Assembly (NCBI GenBank): GCA_038727135.1
Contig: JAVYWL010000001.1
Span: 352,001-416,000 of the forward strand
Length of the DNA: 64,000 nt
Direction: 5' to 3'
DNA from: Candidatus Bathyarchaeia archaeon
GTDB lineage: Archaea > Thermoproteota > Bathyarchaeia > Bathyarchaeales > Bathycorpusculaceae
This document shows positions 27,936-37,833 of this stretch, piece by piece (position 1 is the first letter of the stretch; each line of letters opens with the position of its first letter). The notes under the pieces are model-generated. The model made no database searches. It saw only the letters and a list, made by a program, of their open reading frames with translations, and was not told the DNA's origin. Position numbers and translations under genes: made by a program.

Positions 27936-29306
27936 TTGCCGATCCTTCCAATTGATACTGGGCGTTATGGGACACCCGAGATGCGACGGATTTTCGAGGA
28001 GGAAAACAGAGTTCAGAAAATGTTAGATGTGGAGGCTGCTTTGGCTTGGGCACACGCCGAAGTTGGCAACATACCACGCGAAGATGCAAAGCGGATTATA
28101 GCTGCGGCTTCGCTTAAGCATGTAAAGCTGGAACGAATAAAAGAGATTGAGCGGGAAATTAAGCACGACGTCATGGCTCTTGTTAGGGCTTTAGCCGAAG
28201 CAAGCGGTCCAAGCGGGGCTTATGTGCATCTTGGCGCCACAAGCTACGACATTGTTGACACAGCAACAGCCCTCCAACTGAAGGAGGCTTTAGAGCTTAT
28301 TGAGAGGCGGCTGAATGATTTTGAGAAAGTTCTGGTGGAAAAAGCATTGTGCTATAAGAAAACTTTGATGATGGGGCGCACTCACGGGCAGCATGCGCTT
28401 CCAATAACTTTGGGTTTTAAGTTTGCTGTTTGGATGAGGGAGATTTCAAGGCACATTGAGAGGCTTAGGCAGTGCCGCGAACGAGTGGTTGTGGGCAAGA
28501 TTAGTGGGGCTGTTGGCACCCAGGCGGGTTTAGGCGAAAATGCCATACGCATTCAAGAGCTTGTGATGCAGAGGCTTGGTATAAAGGCGGCTGACATTTC
28601 CACCCAGATCGTGCAGAGGGACCGTCACGCCGAGCTTGTCTGCCTTTTGGCTCTGATTGCTTCGAGCCTCGAAAACTTCGCCACCGAAATTCGTGAATTA
28701 CAGAGACCGGAGATTGGTGAGTTGGCGGAGCCCTTCGAAGCTGAAAGGCAGGTGGGCAGTTCAACAATGCCTCATAAGCGGAACCCTGAAATTTGCGAAC
28801 GTGTTTGTGGCTTAGCTAGAATAGTGCGAAGCCTAGCGGTTCCAGCTTTGGAGAATGTTGTGACTTGGCATGAACGCGACTTGACACAGTCTTCTGCTGA
28901 ACGCTTCATAATTCCAGAAGCTTGTATATTGGTGGACTACATGCTATTTCTAATGACAAATATTGTGGCTAACCTATACGTGAACGAGGAGCGCATGCGC
29001 CAAAACATTGAACTAACGCAAGGGCGGGCAATGTCAGAAGCCGTAATGATAGCCCTAACAAAGAAAGGGATGAGCCGCCAAGAAGCCCATGAATTATTGA
29101 GAAGGCTGACGATAAAGAGTGAGACCGAGAAGCGTCCTTTTAAAGAAGTCCTCCTGGAAGACAAAATTGTAAGCAAGAAGCTAAGCGAAAAGGAAATTGA
29201 TGAGGCTCTGAATCCGCGGAATTATTTAGGCACAGCCTTGAAGCAAGTTGAGCTTATGGTGGAGAAAACCAGAAAGGAGCGAAAAGAAAGGGGTTTAGCT
29301 GACTAG
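27936..29306 (+). CDS. purB: Adenylosuccinate lyase
   Basis: HDVMA, HLGATSYD, GRTHGQHA, GSSTMPHKRNP. Confidence 0.96.
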   Translation: MPILPIDTGRYGTPEMRRIFEEENRVQKMLDVEAALAWAHAEVGNIPREDAKRIIAAASLKHVKLERIKEIEREIKHDVMALVRALAEASGPSGAYVHLGATSYDIVDTATALQLKEALELIERRLNDFEKVLVEKALCYKKTLMMGRTHGQHALPITLGFKFAVWMREISRHIERLRQCRERVVVGKISGAVGTQAGLGENAIRIQELVMQRLGIKAADISTQIVQRDRHAELVCLLALIASSLENFATEIRELQRPEIGELAEPFEAERQVGSSTMPHKRNPEICERVCGLARIVRSLAVPALENVVTWHERDLTQSSAERFIIPEACILVDYMLFLMTNIVANLYVNEERMRQNIELTQGRAMSEAVMIALTKKGMSRQEAHELLRRLTIKSETEKRPFKEVLLEDKIVSKKLSEKEIDEALNPRNYLGTALKQVELMVEKTRKERKERGLAD

Positions 29307-31534
29307 TATTCTGTCAGGGCTTTCTGTTTCCACTCTTCTTCTTTTTCGAGTTTTTCCCATGCTTCTTTTTTGACGAAGCCGCCCACTTGTTCTTTTATTT
29401 TCTTTGCTAGTTTCGGTCCTATGAGTGGCAGGTTCATTAGTTCCTCGATTTGGGCGTGTTTTATGTCCTCTATTGTTTTGTATCCAGCATTGTATAATAT
29501 GCGTCCGCGGACTCTTCCTATGCCCTCCAGCCTTACTATTGGTAATAGCTCTTTTTTGACTCCTTTTTCCACCCTTTCCATCAGTTCCAGCGTCAGTGGT
29601 TGGGCTTCCTTGTTGTTGAATAGAACCGCTAATTCGTGGGTGGCGTAAAGGAGCCACTTTGCGCTTTCAACGGTTCTGTATAGGTCTCCGGGCTGAACCT
29701 TGAACTTTTCTATTATTTCGTCTTCGCTCGCCTCCTCTATCCAAGCCTTCAAAACCATGGCTGTTTTCACTTCCGCCAAAAACTCTTCGTAGTTTATTCG
29801 GTCTTCCCACTCGTTTGGCACTGTTGTTAGGAACTCTTCGCGGTGTTCTTCTGCGAAAATCGCTACTTTGTCAAGTTCGCTTGCGCTTGGTCTGAAGAGG
29901 GGGCGCATGTCTGGCGTGTGGGCGATCATGTGGAGGAGGCTTAAATCCGTTAATAGGGGCGGTTTTTGGCGTAGGGCGTCGCGGATTATTACGGCTGAGA
30001 CTGGGTCTATGTAGAGTTCGCTGACACGTTTGCCGAATCTTGTTGCATAAATGTTTGTTCCGCTTACATCAATCATTTCTTCGTCGTATAGGAATCGCAG
30101 TATTTTGGCTATAACATTCTTTATCGCGTTAATATCGTATTGATAAGCGTAGAAAGTTTTGCCGAAAAACTCGTATATTCCGGCTTCGGTGTGGGCGTAG
30201 TCTGCGGCTATTGTTGCAAGCACATGCCCCCGCAGTATGCGTTCTACGGCAAGCCTTGACCATATGCGCTCCGGCTTTGCCAGCACATAACTCTCCATTA
30301 AATAGTCGGCTTCATCATCCGTCCTTGCGATTAATACAGCTTCGCCGATTTTATCGTATTTTGGACGCCCCGCTCTCCCACACATCTGCTTGTATTCCAA
30401 AACGCTTATGGGATAATAGCCATAACCAGGTTCGTATCGCCTATAATCGTATATTATGACTGTTCTTGCCGGAAGATTAACGCCGAAAGCCAGTGTTGGC
30501 GTAGCTGTTAAAACCTTAATTTTTCCTTCGCGGAAGGCATCCTCAATTATTTTGCGGTGGGCTCCGCCCAAACCAGCATGATGAAAAGCCACTCCACACT
30601 TGACAAGTTCGGCTAGGAGTTCACTTATCCTTGTTTTTTCTCCAGCTGCCAGAATGCGTTCTGCTTCGCGTTCCAAAGCCCTTTTCATGGGTTTTGAAAG
30701 GATTTCTCCGATCTTCGCCGCTGTTTTCTTCGCCAGTGCTACAGAGCTTTTCCTTGTGGCAGCAAAAATTAGGGCTTGACCGCCAGTCTTAACCGTATGC
30801 AGTGCCAAGTTTATGGCTGGATTTTTAACCTCCTTCTCGATTTTTCTTGATTCGCCATCTCTGAACTGAATTTCGTTGTGAAGGAGTACGCCCTCTCTCA
30901 AAAGTATTGGGCGCCAGTCTGTTGTTATGTATTCGGCTTTCAGCCACTCAGCAATTTCTTGAACGTTGTTTATTGTGGCGCTTAAAGCCAAGATTTGGAT
31001 TTCTGGGTTTGTCTGCATAAGCCTGGCCAAAACCACTTCGAGGGTGGGTCCGCGCTCCGCCTCGTTTAGCAGGTGCACTTCATCAGCCACTACGAGGCTT
31101 ACATCGTCCATCCACTTGGCTTTATGCCTCAAAAGCGAATCAACCTTCTCATTTGTAGCCACAATGATGTCGTAGCGCTCCAGCCAAGGGTCAGAGCTAT
31201 CATAATCGCCGGTGGAAATGCCAATGCTTACGCGTTTTCCATTCGGCTTTGTGATGGCTGAGTACTTCTTAAACTCCTCGTATTTTTCGCTGGCTAAAGC
31301 CCTTAAAGGTGTCAAATAGAGAACTTTGCCGTCGCCTTCCAGAATGTGTTTTAAGGCGCAGAGCTCAGCAATCAAGGTTTTGCCAGAGGCCGTTGGACTA
31401 GCCAAAACAAGGTTTCGCCCCTCCAAGGCGCCAGCCTTTATGGCTTCTTCCTGCGGTGGATAAAGCTCAACAATTCCAGACTTAAGCAGAACTTCTTTAA
31501 CCGACTCTGGAATTGGAAGGTCCGTTATCCTCAC
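29303..31534 (-). CDS. hel308: Hel308/Hjm Ski2-like SF2 DNA helicase
   Basis: LYPPQ, PTASGKT, DEVH, LSAT, GVNLPA, QMCGRAGRP, C-terminal HhH. Confidence 0.93.
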   Translation of the reverse strand: MRITDLPIPESVKEVLLKSGIVELYPPQEEAIKAGALEGRNLVLASPTASGKTLIAELCALKHILEGDGKVLYLTPLRALASEKYEEFKKYSAITKPNGKRVSIGISTGDYDSSDPWLERYDIIVATNEKVDSLLRHKAKWMDDVSLVVADEVHLLNEAERGPTLEVVLARLMQTNPEIQILALSATINNVQEIAEWLKAEYITTDWRPILLREGVLLHNEIQFRDGESRKIEKEVKNPAINLALHTVKTGGQALIFAATRKSSVALAKKTAAKIGEILSKPMKRALEREAERILAAGEKTRISELLAELVKCGVAFHHAGLGGAHRKIIEDAFREGKIKVLTATPTLAFGVNLPARTVIIYDYRRYEPGYGYYPISVLEYKQMCGRAGRPKYDKIGEAVLIARTDDEADYLMESYVLAKPERIWSRLAVERILRGHVLATIAADYAHTEAGIYEFFGKTFYAYQYDINAIKNVIAKILRFLYDEEMIDVSGTNIYATRFGKRVSELYIDPVSAVIIRDALRQKPPLLTDLSLLHMIAHTPDMRPLFRPSASELDKVAIFAEEHREEFLTTVPNEWEDRINYEEFLAEVKTAMVLKAWIEEASEDEIIEKFKVQPGDLYRTVESAKWLLYATHELAVLFNNKEAQPLTLELMERVEKGVKKELLPIVRLEGIGRVRGRILYNAGYKTIEDIKHAQIEELMNLPLIGPKLAKKIKEQVGGFVKKEAWEKLEKEEEWKQKALTEY

Positions 31535-31640
31535 TTGAACGCGCCTTTTGTCTTCCCTATTGCAAACTAGAGAACGAAAGCTGTTTAAAACGTTATTGAA
31601 AAACAGAAATTTTGAAAAATAAAAAGGAATACGTCTAGGA

Positions 31641-31931
31641 CTATTTCCTCAAGGCCGTGTATAAATCCGCTGCTTTTGTTGGGTCATTTATAGAGAAGAA
31701 CTTCCACTTGATTTCAGGCGAATAGAAGTTTGCAATGTTTTTAAGCGTCTCTGAGTCGTCTGTCTCAAACAAAGTGAAACCCTTGCTCTCGCCAGTGAAC
31801 TGGAAAGGCCCAAAAATTAGTTTAGCAAACTCTTCGTTTCCCTTTTCCCTCTCGGCAGTCATTTTCCTAAACTTTTCAATGACGTCCATAACGTCGCCTC
31901 CAACAACCTTCCAAAATCCTATATACTTCAT
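31641..31931 (-). CDS. DUF3303-like small protein
   Basis: MKYIGFW...GP..TGESKGFTLFETDD pattern. Confidence 0.6.
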   Translation of the reverse strand: MKYIGFWKVVGGDVMDVIEKFRKMTAEREKGNEEFAKLIFGPFQFTGESKGFTLFETDDSETLKNIANFYSPEIKWKFFSINDPTKAADLYTALRK

Positions 31932-32335
31932 ACACTTTTCACCTCCAAACACTTAGTTTTTATGCTGAACTTCACCAACAAGCAAAGAAAGCAGCCTTTC
32001 TACGCTGCAGCTTCACAAGCCAGCAAAGCTCACTAAATAACTGTAAAACTAGCCTAATAAGGTCTTCCTTTGTTCGTGCTCAAATTTTTCTAGAGGGTAT
32101 CCAATTTAGGCGTTTTCTAACAGGTAAATTTGATGTTTGCTGTTTAGTTGCGGAAATCTATAGGGGGAGGGGCGCTATTGGTTGTTTTTCAAGCCAAAAA
32201 ATGTAGAGAGGGTGGTGTATTTGTTGTTTGGAACCAGCCACAAATATGACGTTTAGGCGTTTAACAGCGTCAAATAGCTTTTTCTATAAGCTCAAACCTA
32301 ATAGGAGTTGATAAGCCAAACGGACTTGAAAGTTT

Positions 32336-33559
32336 ATGGTGGAAAATGTTCGTGAACTATTAAAGGCTCATGAGGGATTAAAGCGTGAAGTCTATCTGGA
32401 CATTGAAAACTCAAGCATGGTGCCAACAGAAGTTGTTGAAGCTATGCTTCCATACTTTAACCAGCGCGCCTATGGCAATCCAACGCTTACCCATAAGCCT
32501 GGATGGGAAGCCTTTGAAGCCATAATGGAATCAGCCCAAAAGATAGCCGGCTTTATGGGATGCAAAAATCTTGAGGAAGTTAATTTTACGCCTGGTGAAA
32601 CAGAAGCCAACAACCTTGCCTTGCTGGGTGCGACCCTTCAGATGCGGGGGAAGGGGAAGAAGATTGTAATTTCTGAAGTTGAGCCGTTGAGCATTATGCA
32701 TGTGGCTGAAATGTTAACCCGTTTCGGCTTCACGGTAACAAAAATTCCAGTTGACGGCGAGGGTCTTGTAAACCTTGAAAAATTGAAGGAAGCTGTTGAT
32801 GACGAAACCGTTCTAGTAAGCCTTTCCGCCGTAAACCATGAAATAGGAACAATACAACCAATAAGGGAAGCCCGAGAAATAGTCAAGGACAAAAACCCAA
32901 ACGCAATATTCCATACAGACGCTTCAGACGCCTATGGAAAAATACAGTTCAACGTGCAGGACTTGGGCGTGGACATGACAACAATAAGCAGCTACAAAAT
33001 CCTTGGACCTCGCGGAATAGGAGCCCTCTACGTAAGGGAAGGTATAAACATAGAAAGAATATTGGAAGGCCAAATAGGCACCCAAAAACTCTGGCCTGGA
33101 GTTGAGAACACGCCATTAATAGTTGGCTTTACAAAAGCCTCTGAGCTTGCCTTCCAAAACTTTGAAGAAAATGTTAGGCACATGCGAAGGCTTAGGGACA
33201 AGCTCATAAGCGGAATTTTTGAAAAAATAACCGATGTACGCTTAAATGGTCCAAGGGGCGAGAAAAGGGCTCCAGATAATGCCAACATAAGCTTTTTGCG
33301 CTGTGAAGGCGAAGCACTAACGATCGAACTAAGCCTAAACGGTGTTTACGTCTCAAGTGGGAGCGCATGCACAAGGCGCCTACTACAGCCAAGCCACGTC
33401 CTCACAGCAATAGGCAGAAAATTCGAGGAAGCCCATGGAAGCATCCTCATGAAGGTTACACGAATCCATAGGGAGGAGGACATAGACTATGTTTTGGAAG
33501 TGCTGCCGAAAGCCGTTGAAAGGCTTAGGGGGATAACTGGCACAACAGTGGTGGGATAA
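32336..33559 (+). CDS. IscS/NifS-like protein with degenerate PLP/substrate site
   Basis: Class I desulfurase layout (GNP, NHEIGTIQP, K in SSYKILGP, SSGSAC), but several conserved residues are substituted. Confidence 0.85.
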   Translation: MVENVRELLKAHEGLKREVYLDIENSSMVPTEVVEAMLPYFNQRAYGNPTLTHKPGWEAFEAIMESAQKIAGFMGCKNLEEVNFTPGETEANNLALLGATLQMRGKGKKIVISEVEPLSIMHVAEMLTRFGFTVTKIPVDGEGLVNLEKLKEAVDDETVLVSLSAVNHEIGTIQPIREAREIVKDKNPNAIFHTDASDAYGKIQFNVQDLGVDMTTISSYKILGPRGIGALYVREGINIERILEGQIGTQKLWPGVENTPLIVGFTKASELAFQNFEENVRHMRRLRDKLISGIFEKITDVRLNGPRGEKRAPDNANISFLRCEGEALTIELSLNGVYVSSGSACTRRLLQPSHVLTAIGRKFEEAHGSILMKVTRIHREEDIDYVLEVLPKAVERLRGITGTTVVG

Positions 33560-33560
33560 A

Positions 33561-34061
33561 ATGTCGCGTGTACCCCTGCCCTACAGCCAAAAAATCCTTG
33601 AGCTTTTTAGAAACCCTAAAAACCTTGGAAAGATGGAAGACGCCACAGTGTCGGCTGTTGCTGGAAACCCCCAATGCGGAGACATGATAACCTTCTACCT
33701 AAAAATAAATGAGCAAGACATAATCGAAAAGGCAACCTTTGAAAGTTACGGATGCGCCGCCAACATAGCCACATCCAGCATAGTTACAGAAAAAGTGAAG
33801 GGAATGAGGCTCGAAGACGCGTGGAAAATCACGTGGAAAAGCGTGGCAGAAGAGGTTGGCGGACTCCCAGCGGTAAAATTCCACTGTGGAATCCTAGCCG
33901 TAGGCGCCCTAAGAAGAGCCATAAGAGCCTACTACAAAAACAAGCAGACAACGCCAGATTGGCTTCCAAAAGACCTAACCTTTGAAGAAGAACAAGCTCT
34001 AGAAGAGGAAGAATTGGCAAGAATCCTGGAGAAAAAAATGAAGATGGCAGAGGAAAAATAA
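33561..34061 (+). CDS. iscU: IscU/NifU-N Fe-S scaffold
   Basis: FRNPKNLG, GNPQCGD, YGCAA, PAVKFHC. Confidence 0.9.
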   Translation: MSRVPLPYSQKILELFRNPKNLGKMEDATVSAVAGNPQCGDMITFYLKINEQDIIEKATFESYGCAANIATSSIVTEKVKGMRLEDAWKITWKSVAEEVGGLPAVKFHCGILAVGALRRAIRAYYKNKQTTPDWLPKDLTFEEEQALEEEELARILEKKMKMAEEK

Positions 34062-35300
34062 ATGTTCGATCCATACAAGATTAGGGAAGACTTTCCAATC
34101 TTAAAACGCAAAATAAACAATCACCCGCTCATCTATTTTGATAATGCCGCCACATCCCAAAAGCCAAAACAGGTAATAGAAGCCATAAAAGAGTACTATG
34201 AACTCCACAATGCCAATGTCCACAGAGCCGTGCATACGCTTTCACTTGAGGCTACAGAGCTTTATGAAAGCGCCCACGAAGAAACAGCCAAATTCATAGG
34301 CGCAGAAAGCATAGAAGAAATAATCTTCACAAGAGGAACAACAGAAGCCATAAACACTGTCGCCTACTCATGGGGACTGCGAAGCCTCAAACGAGACGAC
34401 GAGGTTCTAGTAACTCTAATGGAGCATCACAGCAACATCGTGCCATGGGAAATACTCTCAAAAATAAAGGGCTTCAAAGTTCGATATATAGACGTCAACG
34501 AAGATGGAACCTTAAACCAACAAGCCCTCCAAGAAGCCCTTTCACCAAAGGTGAAAATGGTCTGCATAACTCACGTCTCAAATGTTACCGGCGTGATAAA
34601 TGATGTACGGTACGCTGCAAAACTCGCCCACGAAAACAACGCCCTCATCCTTGTCGACGGAGCCCAATCAGTACCCCACATACCAATAAACGTGAAAGAA
34701 CTGGACTGCGACTTCCTAGCCTTTTCCGGACATAAAATGCTTGGACCAACGGGAATAGGCGTCCTATACGGCAAGCGAGACATCCTAGAAAAAATGGAGC
34801 CCTTCCATGGAGGAGGCGAAATGATAAGGGAAGTCTCCTACAACCCAAAAACACAAACTTGCAAAATAACCTGGAACGACCTGCCATGGAAATTTGAGGC
34901 TGGAACACCAAACATATGCGGTGGCGTAGGCTTAATGGCAGCCATAAAATACCTAAAAAACCTAGGAATGGAAAACGTTAAAGCCCATGAATGCACCCTA
35001 ACCGAGTACGCCATAAAACGCCTAAGAGAATGTGAAAAAGTTAGGGTTTATGGTCCAAAGGATGTGAAAGCCAAATGCGGCATAGTGCCCTTCAACCTTG
35101 AAGGTTTCGACTCCCATGATTTGGCTTTGCTCCTAGACACTTATGGCATAATGATAAGAAGCGGCTTCCACTGCGCCCAACCCCTACACCAAAGATTCGG
35201 ACTAAAATCCTCGGCAAGGGCAAGCTTCTACGTATACAACACCAAAGAGGAAATCGACAAACTAGTGGAAGCCCTAAAGGAGATTGAACAATCTCTATGA
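34062..35300 (+). CDS. sufS: Class II cysteine desulfurase
   Basis: DNAATSQKP, MEHHSN, DGAQ, FSGHKMLGPTG, FEAGTP, RSGFHCAQP, ARASF. Confidence 0.93.
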   Translation: MFDPYKIREDFPILKRKINNHPLIYFDNAATSQKPKQVIEAIKEYYELHNANVHRAVHTLSLEATELYESAHEETAKFIGAESIEEIIFTRGTTEAINTVAYSWGLRSLKRDDEVLVTLMEHHSNIVPWEILSKIKGFKVRYIDVNEDGTLNQQALQEALSPKVKMVCITHVSNVTGVINDVRYAAKLAHENNALILVDGAQSVPHIPINVKELDCDFLAFSGHKMLGPTGIGVLYGKRDILEKMEPFHGGGEMIREVSYNPKTQTCKITWNDLPWKFEAGTPNICGGVGLMAAIKYLKNLGMENVKAHECTLTEYAIKRLRECEKVRVYGPKDVKAKCGIVPFNLEGFDSHDLALLLDTYGIMIRSGFHCAQPLHQRFGLKSSARASFYVYNTKEEIDKLVEALKEIEQSL

Positions 35301-35569
35301 GCACAATTCTGGACATATACATAGCAAGAATTGAAGAGGCATGTGGAGAAGAAAGAGATTACATAATCCACTTCAAATATGACAAAAAGGAGGAGGCGAT
35401 AACAAAAATACTGAAAAAAGCCACATTGCAAAAAACCACAGCAAAAATAATCTTCGACCTAACATACAAAGAAACCTACATACGCTTATACGCAACAGGA
35501 AAAGCCGTCTTCAAAAAAGTAAAAGACAAAGAACAGCTAAACCAAATCCTAACAGAACTACTCTCATAA
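35297..35569 (+). CDS. Hypothetical protein, last gene of the Fe-S operon
   Basis: 90-aa ORF overlapping the sufS stop (ATGA). Confidence 0.65.
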   Translation: MSTILDIYIARIEEACGEERDYIIHFKYDKKEEAITKILKKATLQKTTAKIIFDLTYKETYIRLYATGKAVFKKVKDKEQLNQILTELLS

Positions 35570-35607
35570 ACCCTCAATTTTCCACATTTAAACGGCAAAG
35601 CTTATAA

Positions 35608-35635
35608 GTAATACTTTTTAATTAAAAAGTAATAC
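35608..35635. promoter_or_regulatory. Candidate NikR operator overlapping the nikM promoter
   Basis: GTAATACTTTTTAATTAAAAAGTAATAC, a 28-bp near-perfect palindrome directly after TTATAA (35602-35607). Confidence 0.7.
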
Positions 35636-35647
35636 GAGGCTAATTTA

Positions 35648-36310
35648 ATGCACATACCAGACGGCTACATAAGTCCAGAAATCGCCGCAGCAATGGCTGC
35701 AATATCCATTAGCTTCCTCGTCTTATCATGGAGAAAGGCGAAAGCTACATGCCCAAAAGCATTAGCCCCACTACTGGCGGTTTCAAGCGCCTTCGTCTTT
35801 GCAGCCCAGATGATTAACTTCCCAATAACGTATGGAACAAGCGGACACCTAGTAGGCGGAACATTTCTCTCAATAATCTTAGGCCCCTATGCGGCAATCC
35901 TAAGCATGACAATAGTCCTACTAATGCAAGCACTGTTCTTCGCAGACGGAGGAATCATGGCCCTAGGCGCCAACATCTTCAACATGGCAGTTATAGGCGG
36001 CCTAAGCTTCTACATAGTAAAACTCATAGCCGGAAACTCAACGAAGGGCAAACGCTTCTTCATCGGTGTGTTTGCAGCCTCGTGGCTATCGGTTGTTCTT
36101 GGGGCTTTGGCATGCGGTCTGCAGATAGGCTTTTCACCAGCCTTTACAGAAGCTGGTGGAATAACGGTAACAGTCCCAGCCATGCTAATTTGGCATGTAC
36201 TAATAGGCCTCGGCGAAGCTGCAATAACAACAACAGCCATTACACAACTATACCGAGTGCGGCCCGCAATATTGAATGGTTTAGCTTTCCTAAAGAGGGA
36301 AGCCATTTGA
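35648..36310 (+). CDS. ECF-type Ni/Co transporter S component NikM/CbiM
   Basis: N-terminal MHIPDG, GTSGHLVGG, QALFFADGG..ALGAN. Confidence 0.93.
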   Translation: MHIPDGYISPEIAAAMAAISISFLVLSWRKAKATCPKALAPLLAVSSAFVFAAQMINFPITYGTSGHLVGGTFLSIILGPYAAILSMTIVLLMQALFFADGGIMALGANIFNMAVIGGLSFYIVKLIAGNSTKGKRFFIGVFAASWLSVVLGALACGLQIGFSPAFTEAGGITVTVPAMLIWHVLIGLGEAAITTTAITQLYRVRPAILNGLAFLKREAI

Positions 36311-36588
36311 AGGGCTACGTTAAGGCGCTAATCCTAATAGCCGTTGGGCTTGCAATCTTAATACCCTTCGCTTCATCCTACCCAGACGGCCTAGAAACAG
36401 TAGCTGAAACCCTTAAAGTGGAAGAGGCAGAGCCAATTTGGAGAGGACTTATGCCAGACTACACCCTACTAGCAATTGACAACCCATACCTATCAACATT
36501 AGCAGCGGGCTTCTTCGGCATAATCATAGTTTCAGCCGCAGCCTACGCCCTAGGCAATTTAATATCAAAACAAGAAGAGACAAAATAG
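36307..36588 (+). CDS. NikN-like PDGLE-domain protein
   Basis: TTG start at 36307 overlapping the nikM stop; ASSYPDGLE and MPDY; two TMs. Confidence 0.88.
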   Translation: MKGYVKALILIAVGLAILIPFASSYPDGLETVAETLKVEEAEPIWRGLMPDYTLLAIDNPYLSTLAAGFFGIIIVSAAAYALGNLISKQEETK

Positions 36589-36602
36589 TTGCGGGCTGCT
36601 TG

Positions 36603-37271
36603 CTATTCTCTGCTTGCAAGTATAACTATATAGTCCGCCGTATCAGCACACATATCAGCAGCATGCTCGATAAACTCCACAAGATCATCAAAAATAACCA
36701 TTGAACCGCTATCCATCTGCCCTCCATATTTGATGAATAAGGCTTTAGTTTTAAGATACTCGTCGTCTATTTTCCTCTCTATTTCCTCCACCTTCTTCGC
36801 CCCATCTATAGCCGCAGAGGAATCCACAGCAATTTTCTCAATGCTTCCCCTCAAGGCGTGTGCGCAATCCACGAGAAACGATGTTGTGTGGGCTGCGTTC
36901 TCCCAGAGCTCCTTTGGAACTTTGGCCCCTTCAAGCATTTTTATGCATCTTGCCGCGTCTTTCACATGGTCAGCCAGCGTGTCAAGCCGCTTCACAAGGT
37001 GCATTAGATCTTCGCGGTAGTCAGCGAAAAGAGCCACACCCTTCGAGAGTTCCTTGAAGACTTCTGTTCGCAGTCTGTCAACTTCCTTCTCAACCTTGAA
37101 AATATTCTCTATGTGCTGCATGGCTTCTTTCCTGTTGCCTTCAGCCATTTTCTGCATGGCATAATGAAGAAGCGTCACGGTGTCCAAAGCCTTTGTTATC
37201 TGCTCCTGTGCCAAATCAAGAGCCTTGGTTCTTCGCCGCCTCTCAAACCATGCATAGCTTTTCTTTTCCAA
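36603..37271 (-). CDS. DUF47/PhoU-like phosphate transport regulator
   Basis: Duplicated ExxxD motifs (EKEVDRLR, ERKIDD), REDL, EHAADMCADTAD. Confidence 0.85.
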   Translation of the reverse strand: MEKKSYAWFERRRRTKALDLAQEQITKALDTVTLLHYAMQKMAEGNRKEAMQHIENIFKVEKEVDRLRTEVFKELSKGVALFADYREDLMHLVKRLDTLADHVKDAARCIKMLEGAKVPKELWENAAHTTSFLVDCAHALRGSIEKIAVDSSAAIDGAKKVEEIERKIDDEYLKTKALFIKYGGQMDSGSMVIFDDLVEFIEHAADMCADTADYIVILASRE

Positions 37272-37336
37272 GCTAAACTCATCTCCTTAACAATAAGCTA
37301 CCATGAAATGCTTAATAACACTTTGCAAAACTAGTG

Positions 37337-37792
37337 CTATCCTTCTTCGGCTTCAGCAACCCAATAAGCCTTCTTGCCACCCTCTTTAGTGGTCACATAT
37401 TCCTTCTTGAAAATTGGGGCCTCCTTCTTATATCTCTCAACAGCTTCCCTCAAAACTGGAAAAACATCCTCCCTATGGGAACCGGCAACCAAAACGTAGA
37501 CAAGGTCTTCGCCGACATTGAACTCGCCCACGAAATGGTGTATTTGAACGTCAACTACGCCCTTTCTTCTCTTTAATTCTTGGCATATCTTTGATAGCAC
37601 ATCATCTGCTCCTTCATCATAAGCTTCAATTTCCAATTTCTGAACTTTTTCTCCCTCCGGATTCTCTCCACGAACAACACCAATAAAGACGGCAATAGCT
37701 CCAGCTTTCTGAAAATTCGGATTTCCTTTAACTCTTTCAATTAATTCTCCAATTGATAAGGTGCCTTTCTCATGAATATATCTGGGTGGCAT
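37337..37792 (-). CDS. moaE: Molybdopterin synthase catalytic subunit MoaE
   Basis: GAIAVFIGVVR, EAY, HRED, KKEAPIFKKE; start taken as ATG37792. Confidence 0.9.
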   Translation of the reverse strand: MPPRYIHEKGTLSIGELIERVKGNPNFQKAGAIAVFIGVVRGENPEGEKVQKLEIEAYDEGADDVLSKICQELKRRKGVVDVQIHHFVGEFNVGEDLVYVLVAGSHREDVFPVLREAVERYKKEAPIFKKEYVTTKEGGKKAYWVAEAEEG

Positions 37793-37833
37793 TGAAGCAC
37801 CATCAACTAAAGCGGCGAAAGCCAATTTAAAGG

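Noticed and set aside
36082-36306. Extended N-terminus of the PDGLE protein
   Set aside because: It lies inside nikM in another frame; the TTG36307 start overlapping the nikM stop is more plausible.
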